This document shows positions 38,564 through 45,583 of a stretch of DNA of 45,583 bases, one piece after another. The translations under genes and the position numbers were made by a program. A model generated the notes under the pieces. That model made no database searches. It was given only the letters and a program-made list of their open reading frames with translations, and was not told where the DNA came from. Each line of letters opens with the position of its first letter. The first letter of the stretch is position 1. Source of the stretch: Gammaproteobacteria bacterium (GTDB lineage: Bacteria > Pseudomonadota > Gammaproteobacteria > Steroidobacterales > Rariloculaceae); the NCBI GenBank assembly GCA_029243585.1, contig JAQWRR010000094.1:1-45583 (forward strand), given 5' to 3'.

Positions 38564-40303
38564 ATGGTAAGCGTTCCTGCAGAAAAGCTTAGTGAATCAG
38601 AAATGACTGAAGACCAGTGTGAACAAACTGATGGGTTTCATCTCATCATTGACGCATTGAAACTCAATGGGGTAGAAACAATCTATGGCGTGCCCGGCAT
38701 TCCCATTACTGATTTTGGACGTATGGCTCAAGCTGAAGGTATACGCGTGATTGCCTTTCGCCATGAACAACATGCAGGAAATGCAGCAGCCATCGCCGGC
38801 TATCTCACCAAAAGCCCAGGAATCTGTCTTACGGTTTCTGCTCCTGGATTCCTTAATGGACTAACCGCCCTGGCAAATGCAACGACTAATTGCTTTCCAA
38901 TGATCCTAATCTCAGGCTCATCCGAACGGGAAATCGTCGACCTTCAGCAAGGGGACTATGAAGAGATGGATCAGTTAGCTATTGCTAAACCCCTCTGCAA
39001 AGCAGCCTTTCGCGTACTGCATGCAGAGGACATAGGTATTGGCGTAGCAAGAGCAATCCGTGCTGCTGTTTCAGGGCGACCTGGCGGAGTTTATCTTGAT
39101 CTCCCGGCTAAACTTTTCGGACAAGTAATGGATGCCGAGAAGGGAAGTCAATCACTAATTAAAGTTATTGACCCTGCACCAGCTCAAATTCCCGCTCTTG
39201 AATCCGTCGAGCGAGCCCTTGAATTACTAAAAAGTGCTGAGCGGCCATTAATTATTCTTGGTAAAGGCGCAGCCTATGCTCAGGCAGATGATGCCATTCG
39301 ATCTCTAGTTGAAAAGACTGGGATTCCTTTTTTACCAATGAGCATGGCCAAAGGCATACTCCCCGATACCCATCCCCAATGCGCGGGCGCAGCACGCTCT
39401 TTGGTATTAAAAGAATCCGACGTTGTGATGCTAATAGGCGCACGCCTTAACTGGCTGCTTTCACAGGGTAAGGGAAAACCCTGGGGCGGAAAAAAACAGT
39501 TTATACAGGTCGATATTGAACCTACAGAAATGGATTCGAATGTGGAAATCGCAGCGCCAATAGTAGGCGACATTGGTTCCTGTGTATCGGCCATGCTAGA
39601 AGGCCTTAAATCTAATTTACCTACGGCACCAACGGATTGGATTAACGCTGTTAAAACAAAGAAAGATACAAATATTGCCAAAATGGCTCCGCGACTAATG
39701 AACGATAACTTCCCGATGGACTTTCACGGTGCCCTCGGTGCTTTGCGTACAGTTATAAAGGAACGTCCTGATGCAATATTAGTTAATGAAGGCGCTAACA
39801 CGCTTGATCTTGCACGCGGAATTATCGATATGTATAACCCTCGAAAACGGCTTGATGTGGGTACTTGGGGCGTCATGGGTATTGGCATGGGATTTGCCAT
39901 TGCTGCCGCTGTAGAGACTGGTAAGCCAGTATTGGCCATCGAAGGAGACAGCGCTTTCGGTTTTTCTGGCATGGAAATAGAGACTATCTGTCGTTACAAC
40001 TTGCCTGTCTGTGTCGTTATTTTCAACAATAGTGGAATCTATCGTGGAACAGACGTTAACGAGCAAAGCTCAGATCCAGCATGGACTCGTTTCGTTACTG
40101 ATTCACGCTACGATAAAATGATGGAAGCATTTGGTGGGATTGGCGTACATGCAACTACCCCTGAAGAACTGAAGCAAGCTGTTGATACGGCCATGGACTC
40201 TGGCAAACCAACACTCGTCAATGCAGCTATCAACCCAGCTGCTGGCAGTGAGAGCGGCAGAATCGGAAACCTGAATCCACAAAGCAAATTAAAAAAGAAA
40301 TAA
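38564..40303 (+). CDS. oxc: Oxalyl-CoA decarboxylase
   Basis: [45 protein letters not shown]...NN (ThDP motif) and C-terminal ESG.I.NLNP. Confidence 0.96.
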   Translation: MVSVPAEKLSESEMTEDQCEQTDGFHLIIDALKLNGVETIYGVPGIPITDFGRMAQAEGIRVIAFRHEQHAGNAAAIAGYLTKSPGICLTVSAPGFLNGLTALANATTNCFPMILISGSSEREIVDLQQGDYEEMDQLAIAKPLCKAAFRVLHAEDIGIGVARAIRAAVSGRPGGVYLDLPAKLFGQVMDAEKGSQSLIKVIDPAPAQIPALESVERALELLKSAERPLIILGKGAAYAQADDAIRSLVEKTGIPFLPMSMAKGILPDTHPQCAGAARSLVLKESDVVMLIGARLNWLLSQGKGKPWGGKKQFIQVDIEPTEMDSNVEIAAPIVGDIGSCVSAMLEGLKSNLPTAPTDWINAVKTKKDTNIAKMAPRLMNDNFPMDFHGALGALRTVIKERPDAILVNEGANTLDLARGIIDMYNPRKRLDVGTWGVMGIGMGFAIAAAVETGKPVLAIEGDSAFGFSGMEIETICRYNLPVCVVIFNNSGIYRGTDVNEQSSDPAWTRFVTDSRYDKMMEAFGGIGVHATTPEELKQAVDTAMDSGKPTLVNAAINPAAGSESGRIGNLNPQSKLKKK

Positions 40304-40357
40304 TGCTGCGTACGGTTCATCTACATAACTAACTAAAGAATTAGGAAATTACTTACT

Positions 40358-41617
40358 ATGACCTCTAATAAGGCCCTTTCTGGCATTCGAATCCTTGACA
40401 TGACTCACGTACAAGCTGGTCCTACGTCCAGCCAGCTTATGGGTTTTCTTGGTGCAGACGTTATTAAACTAGAGTCACCGGTGGGTGACGCAACTCGTGG
40501 ACAGTTAAGAGATATCCCGGATGCAGATAGCCTTTATTTCACAATGCTTAACTGCAACAAGCGATCAATCACGGTAAACCTTAAAAATGATAAAGGGAAG
40601 GAAATTTTTACAAAGCTTGTCAAAACCTGTGATGTTCTTATGGAGAACTTTGGTCCTGGTGTTCTGGAGCGATTAGGATTTGATTGGGAAAATGTTAAAA
40701 AAATTAATCCGCGTATTGTCATGGCATCAATAAAGGGTTTTGGTTCTGAAGGTCCATATGCAGCCTTTAAGGCCTATGAGAATGTAGCCCAAGCTATGGG
40801 TGGCTCAATGAGCACAACTGGGCTTTTTGATGGCCCGCCTGTTGTAACGGGCGCACAGATTGGTGACTCAGGAACGGGTGTCCACTTGATGGCTGGCATT
40901 CTTGCCGCGCTTCTTCAACGAGAAAGAACTGGTCGTGGTCAGTATGTTGAATGTGCAATGATGGACTGTGTCATGAATCTAACACGAGTGAAATGGCGTG
41001 ATCACCAAAGACTTACGCGTGGACCATTACCGGAATACGGACGTCAGGAATTTGAGGACTTTACACCTCGAGCCGGTAATGACTCAGGCGGTGGGCAGTT
41101 GGGAAATGCTGTTCAGTGTAAGCCAGGAGGATCAAACGATTACCTGTACATAGTAGTTCAGGAACATGTTTGGAAGGCATTAGCAAATCGGATTGGTGGC
41201 GAGGATTTAATTAACGATCCTCGTTTTGAAAAAATTGAGAATAGGCGTGCAAACCAAAGTGAAATGTGGGATATCTTGACAGACTTTGCGAGTAACCATA
41301 CAAAACGCGAACTAATGGAAATTCTTAACGAGATTGATGTCCCATGTGGCCCTGTTATGAGCACGACAGACTTAGCCAACGACGATCATGTCAAGCTACG
41401 CGAAATGTATCTTGAACTTGATCACCCTGAACGTGGAAAATGGTATAACCTTGGCTGCCCAATCAAACTTTCGGATTCACCCGTCGAGGTAACTAGGTCT
41501 CCATTGTTAGGCGAACATACAGATGAAATCTTAAGTGACGTGCTTGGTTACGAAACGAATGAGATTGATAATTTAAAAGAAGCAGGTGCTTTTTCCCGAC
41601 CACCACGTCGTAAGTAA
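40358..41617 (+). CDS. frc: Formyl-CoA:oxalate CoA-transferase (class III)
   Basis: THVQAGP, DSLYFTMLN.NKRS, YENVAQ, GDSGTG (catalytic Asp) and the glycine loop GNDSGGGQ. Confidence 0.92.
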   Translation: MTSNKALSGIRILDMTHVQAGPTSSQLMGFLGADVIKLESPVGDATRGQLRDIPDADSLYFTMLNCNKRSITVNLKNDKGKEIFTKLVKTCDVLMENFGPGVLERLGFDWENVKKINPRIVMASIKGFGSEGPYAAFKAYENVAQAMGGSMSTTGLFDGPPVVTGAQIGDSGTGVHLMAGILAALLQRERTGRGQYVECAMMDCVMNLTRVKWRDHQRLTRGPLPEYGRQEFEDFTPRAGNDSGGGQLGNAVQCKPGGSNDYLYIVVQEHVWKALANRIGGEDLINDPRFEKIENRRANQSEMWDILTDFASNHTKRELMEILNEIDVPCGPVMSTTDLANDDHVKLREMYLELDHPERGKWYNLGCPIKLSDSPVEVTRSPLLGEHTDEILSDVLGYETNEIDNLKEAGAFSRPPRRK

Positions 41618-41634
41618 TACAGCCTGTTCACTAA

Positions 41635-41651
41635 GCAGCTCTATGAGCTGC
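41635..41651 (+). other. Intercistronic GC-rich hairpin
   Basis: GCAGCTC-TAT-GAGCTGC, a perfect 7-bp stem with no U-tract, between frc and the next gene. Confidence 0.55.
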
Positions 41652-41672
41652 CAATTGTTAAGGAGAATAAAA

Positions 41673-43805
41673 ATGCCCAGTCGGCAAGATGATGTCCGCG
41701 CTGTCTTAAATCAAGTGGAAGCGGATGGCCGTACATCACTAACAGCACCAGAATGTAAGACCGTTTGTGATGCTTACGATATACCAGTACCTGCAGAAGG
41801 ATTAGCAAAATCCGCTGAGGAAGCTTCAGCTATAGCCAATAGTATTGGCTATCCGGTAGTGATGAAAATTGTTTCGCCTGACATTCTTCATAAAACGGAA
41901 GCCGGAGGCGTCTTAGTTGGCTTATCAGACTCAGAAGCTGTAACAACAGGTTATGACAATATTATTGCCAATGCTAAAGCTTATAGCAGTGATTCAAACA
42001 TCACAGGCGTACAGGTTCAGGCAATGATTACTGGGGATGGACAAGAAGTAATTGTCGGAGCTGTGACTGATCCGAGTTTTGGCAAACTAGTAGGATTTGG
42101 CCTTGGCGGTATTCTTGTAGAGGTACTTAAGGATATTACTTTCCGTCTAGCACCAACCACGACTGATGATGCGCAATCGATGCTTAATAGTATTCAAGCA
42201 GCTGAGGTACTCGATGGGGTGCGTGGCTCCGAAGCTATAAATCGAGATGCACTAACAACCATCATCGTCAAGGTATCTGAGCTTATTAGTGATTTCCCGG
42301 AAATACAGGAAATTGATCTAAATCCAGTACTTGCAAATGAAAAAGGTGCAACTGCGGTCGATTCATTAATTTCGGTTGATTTCTCAGCTCAGAAAGACAT
42401 CTATCGCCCTAGCCAAGATGAAATCGTAAAGTCTATGCAGAGCATCATGAACCCCAGATCTGTAGCCGTCATAGGAGCCTCTGACGGGGAAGGCAAGATC
42501 GGAAATTCAGTGATGAAAAATATCATCAACGGTGGCTATCAAGGGGAAATCTATCCAATCAATCCAAAAGCGAATGAGATCCTTGGGAAAAAAGCTTATA
42601 AAAGTGTGAAAGATGTTCCTGGGGAAATTGATGTCGCCGTTTTTGCCGTCCCTGCAAAATTCTGCATAGCGGCTATGGAAGAGGTAGGCGAGAAAGGTAT
42701 ACCAGGAGCTGTAATGATTCCTTCTGGTTTTGCTGAAGTAGGTGAGCACGAGTTACAAGACCAGCTTTTAGCAGCAGCTCGTAAAAACAATGTGCGAATA
42801 ATGGGCCCAAATATCTATGGGTTTTACTATACCCCTGCAAACCTATGCGCAACCTTTTGTACTCCATATGACGTTCAGGGAAAGACCGCTCTCTCCTCCC
42901 AAAGTGGAGGCGTTGGAATGTCAATCATTGGCTACAGTCGCTCAACAAAAATGGGTGTTTCCGCAATTGTGGGACTGGGAAACAAATCTGACCTAGATGA
43001 AGATGACCTCCTTACCTACTTCGAACAGGATGACAATACAGATGTCATAGCAATGCATGCGGAGGATTTAAAAGATGGTCGAAGCTTTGCCGAGGTAGCA
43101 AAACGTGTCTCTAAGAAAAAACCAGTGGTTATGTTGAAGGCTGGACGTACTCAGCTGGGCGCAAAAGCAGCTGCCTCACACACAGGAGCGCTGGCAGGTA
43201 ATGACAAAATCTATGATGATGTTTTACGGTCTAGTGGTGTAATAAGAGCATATAGCCTTAACGATATGCTTCAATTTGCACGTGGTCTTCCGGTGCTACC
43301 CACTCCTAAAGGTGACGAAATAGTTATCATTACTGGTGCTGGTGGCTCTGGTGTTCTGCTATCTGATGCCATCGTCGACAATGACTTGTCTTTAATGGAG
43401 TTTCCCCATGATCTAGATGAAGCCTTCAAAAAGTTTATTCCTCCTTTTGGCGCTTCCGGGAATCCAGTGGATATTACAGGTGGTGAACCCCCTGTAACTT
43501 ATGAAAAAACCATTAAACTTGGACTGGAAGATGACCGAGTTCACTCACTCATACTCGGGTATTGGCACACAATCATTACACCACCTATGGTGTTTGCGGA
43601 ACTCTGTGCACGGGTAGTCCAAGAAGGTCGAGACAAGGGCATTGATAAACCAATCGTAGCATCGTTAGTTGGTGATGTAGAGGTTGAAGAAGCCTCAGAA
43701 TATCTCTATGAGCGAGGGATAGTAGCGTGTCCTTACACCACAGAACTGCCAGTGGCCATACTTGGCGCAAAATACCGATGGGCAAGAAATGCAGGTCTTC
43801 TATAA
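41673..43805 (+). CDS. NDP-forming acyl-CoA synthetase (acetate--CoA ligase family), beta-alpha fused
   Basis: N-terminal ATP-grasp (GYPVVMKIVSPDILHKTEAGGV, EIDLNP), then CoA-binding/ligase domains (VAVIGAS, GPN, SQSG, GNKSD, ASHTGALAG, NPVD); AAGGAG SD before the ATG at 41673. Confidence 0.92.
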   Translation: MPSRQDDVRAVLNQVEADGRTSLTAPECKTVCDAYDIPVPAEGLAKSAEEASAIANSIGYPVVMKIVSPDILHKTEAGGVLVGLSDSEAVTTGYDNIIANAKAYSSDSNITGVQVQAMITGDGQEVIVGAVTDPSFGKLVGFGLGGILVEVLKDITFRLAPTTTDDAQSMLNSIQAAEVLDGVRGSEAINRDALTTIIVKVSELISDFPEIQEIDLNPVLANEKGATAVDSLISVDFSAQKDIYRPSQDEIVKSMQSIMNPRSVAVIGASDGEGKIGNSVMKNIINGGYQGEIYPINPKANEILGKKAYKSVKDVPGEIDVAVFAVPAKFCIAAMEEVGEKGIPGAVMIPSGFAEVGEHELQDQLLAAARKNNVRIMGPNIYGFYYTPANLCATFCTPYDVQGKTALSSQSGGVGMSIIGYSRSTKMGVSAIVGLGNKSDLDEDDLLTYFEQDDNTDVIAMHAEDLKDGRSFAEVAKRVSKKKPVVMLKAGRTQLGAKAAASHTGALAGNDKIYDDVLRSSGVIRAYSLNDMLQFARGLPVLPTPKGDEIVIITGAGGSGVLLSDAIVDNDLSLMEFPHDLDEAFKKFIPPFGASGNPVDITGGEPPVTYEKTIKLGLEDDRVHSLILGYWHTIITPPMVFAELCARVVQEGRDKGIDKPIVASLVGDVEVEEASEYLYERGIVACPYTTELPVAILGAKYRWARNAGLL

Positions 43806-43888
43806 AAGCAATAGGTTAGAACAATAAGTAGTGGTTACTTCGCATACAACATACTTAACTTTACTCTCATTAAGGAATTGAACTTAAA

Positions 43889-44755
43889 GTGACCCCTCTA
43901 CGTAGCTTGCTTTTCGTCCCGGGAAATAAGGACAACATGCTGAATAAAGCACTTGGTTTTAAACCAGATGTGTTTGTGCCAGACATGGAGGACTCCGTCC
44001 CCACAGGCGAAAAAGAAAATGCACGTAACCTGATTGCTGAATACTTACCAAAGCTTGCTAAATCAGGAGTGTCGATAGTACCAAGAGTAAATTCTCTAGA
44101 CACTAAGTGGGCATTGGATGATTTGGCAGCCATAGTAGGACCGCACATCTATGGGATATCCATTGGAAAGATTAATACACCAGCTGATATCAAAATAGTC
44201 TCGGACCATATTTCTCTCCTTGAACAGAAAGCAGGACTAAGTGAAGGTCATATCAAGATGATTCCTTGGCTAGAGTCTGCCAAAGCGATCATTCACTGCC
44301 ATGAAATTTGCCTTTCTAGCGAACGCCTAATAGGCGTTGCTTTTGGTGGGGAAGATTTCACTCATGATATGGGAATAGAACGATTAGAAGATGAGTCTGA
44401 AGTCTTGTTTGCTCGTAACCAGCTTTGTATTGCAGCTAGGGCCGCTGAAATACCTGCATTGGATACACCCTATTTTCTGTTTAAGAATAAGGAAGGGCTA
44501 AGGACAAATAGTCTTGTAGCCAAACAATGTGGATTCAAAGGTAAATTTGCTATCCATCCAGCACAAATTGATGAAATTAATAATGCTTTTTCACCATCAA
44601 AAAAAGAAATAGAGCATGCACATAGAGTTGTAAAAGCTTTCGAAGAAGCGGAAAGTATGGGTCGTGGATCAACTTCACTAAATGGCAAAGTTATAGATGT
44701 TCCTGTGGTTAAAAGAGCTCGAGCTTTACTGAACCTTGCTAGCAGGCAACTGTAG
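43889..44755 (+). CDS. CitE/malyl-CoA-lyase-like CoA-ester lyase
   Basis: RSLLFVPG, DMEDSV, PRVN, GGEDF and GFKGKFAIHPAQI motifs. Confidence 0.9.
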   Translation: MTPLRSLLFVPGNKDNMLNKALGFKPDVFVPDMEDSVPTGEKENARNLIAEYLPKLAKSGVSIVPRVNSLDTKWALDDLAAIVGPHIYGISIGKINTPADIKIVSDHISLLEQKAGLSEGHIKMIPWLESAKAIIHCHEICLSSERLIGVAFGGEDFTHDMGIERLEDESEVLFARNQLCIAARAAEIPALDTPYFLFKNKEGLRTNSLVAKQCGFKGKFAIHPAQIDEINNAFSPSKKEIEHAHRVVKAFEEAESMGRGSTSLNGKVIDVPVVKRARALLNLASRQL

Positions 44756-45412
44756 ATCTAAAGCTCCTAAACCTTCTTTAATACGATCATAGGTAATGTG
44801 GGCATTATTGTAGTCATGCTTAAGATGTATAGCCACGTCATCTTTTAGCAATATGAGAGCAGGAAATCCTCTAGCACCTAGATTAATTGCACGCGCTATC
44901 TCCTCCTGTAACTTGCCCTCACACTCCTGACCACCTAATACGGCTTCAAAACGTTTTATATCTAGACCTATCTGTTCAGCCAGACTAATCAAAGTTTTAG
45001 GTAATGATGGGTTTTTAGCTTCTTGATAATAGGCATTCTGTACGGCAACTATCATTGTAGACTCATGCTCTACCCCTTGTTCACGCGCAGCAATAATAGC
45101 TCGGCAAGCAGGATAAGTTGATCTTATGGGCGTACAGACAGTCCAAAAATCATGGTTAAACTCAATACCAGGTACGACATTTGTTATTTGCTCCCAGGTA
45201 CCCTTTATCCTGCGGCGCATATCAGTAGGCATAGGTAATGCAGTATCGGGAGCAAGACCTCCAAGCACAGTCCGAATTTCAATAGCACCATTTAACATAT
45301 CAGTCACTCTTGCCCAAACAGGAGCAAAAGCGTAGCACCAACTACACATAGGATCGTGGACATAATGGAGGACTGTAGACGACCTAAACTCAGGATGGCC
45401 TCTACTTCCCAT
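44726..45412 (-). CDS. DsbA-like thioredoxin-fold protein
   Basis: HDPMCSWC, STYPACRA and GARGFP motifs. Start uncertain. Confidence 0.85.
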   Translation of the reverse strand: MGSRGHPEFRSSTVLHYVHDPMCSWCYAFAPVWARVTDMLNGAIEIRTVLGGLAPDTALPMPTDMRRRIKGTWEQITNVVPGIEFNHDFWTVCTPIRSTYPACRAIIAAREQGVEHESTMIVAVQNAYYQEAKNPSLPKTLISLAEQIGLDIKRFEAVLGGQECEGKLQEEIARAINLGARGFPALILLKDDVAIHLKHDYNNAHITYDRIKEGLGALDLQLPASKVQ

Positions 45413-45445
45413 CTTACTTATAACTAGTAGGTGGTCACCTACAGA

Positions 45446-45583
45446 TCATGAATCTCTAATAGCACGTTTGACAAGGTTTTCTAGCAGAGGGATCTTAAAG
45501 TGGTTGAAATTCAACGGAGTTGCACCTCGCACCGCTGCCTGACCAGCTAGTGATGCAGTAGCCTCATCCGGTGCACTCCCTGT
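45446..45583 (-). CDS. C-terminus of a xanthine dehydrogenase family FAD-binding (medium, PaoB/YagS-like) subunit, partial
   Basis: Not in the ORF track. Manual translation TGSAPDEATASLAGQAAVRGATPLNFNHFKIPLLENLVKRAIRDS*; the GA.PL..N.FKI.L pattern is typical of this subunit's C-terminus. Confidence 0.75.
   Translation of the reverse strand, partial: TGSAPDEATASLAGQAAVRGATPLNFNHFKIPLLENLVKRAIRDS

Noticed and set aside
44726-44755. 30-bp convergent overlap of the citE-like and DsbA-like genes
   Set aside because: Short tail-to-tail overlaps are common in compact genomes.
1-45583. The many short (about 60-150 aa) overlapping or antisense ORFs; CRISPR arrays, IS elements, prophage and defence systems
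   Set aside because: The shadow ORFs lie within well-supported genes and lack motifs. No repeat-spacer array, transposase, integrase, phage structural gene or defence gene was recognised by eye.

Overview
A gene-dense chromosomal segment from a bacterium, probably a marine/environmental Gammaproteobacterium (inferred from protein families, not tested). No integrase, transposase, rRNA, intact tRNA or CRISPR array was recognised. There are three main themes. (1) A dispersed molybdenum-cofactor set spread over the whole window: moaB, mocA-like, moaA-C-D-E, moeA, xdhC, modBC and the 3' end of a xanthine-dehydrogenase-family FAD subunit. (2) An oxalate/formyl-CoA operon, gntR-oxc-frc-(ADP-forming acyl-CoA synthetase)-citE-like lyase, with a perfect 17-bp operator-like palindrome over its predicted -10 box. 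(3) Many exported hydrolases and uncharacterised periplasmic proteins: CE4 deacetylase, Ntn acylase, a DUF6152-like fusion, amidohydrolase, esterase, PhoD, VOC, and a TPR + TonB-C pair. A clear TPP riboswitch controls a TonB-dependent receptor that the ORF track missed. The best novelty candidates are the uncharacterised acyl-CoA synthetase/lyase extension of the oxc-frc pathway, a heavily base-paired (switch- or pseudoknot-capable) leader upstream of a DEAD-box helicase, and a DUF6152-like fusion protein with a predicted N-terminal His-His metal site. All family calls come from motif recognition without database searches.
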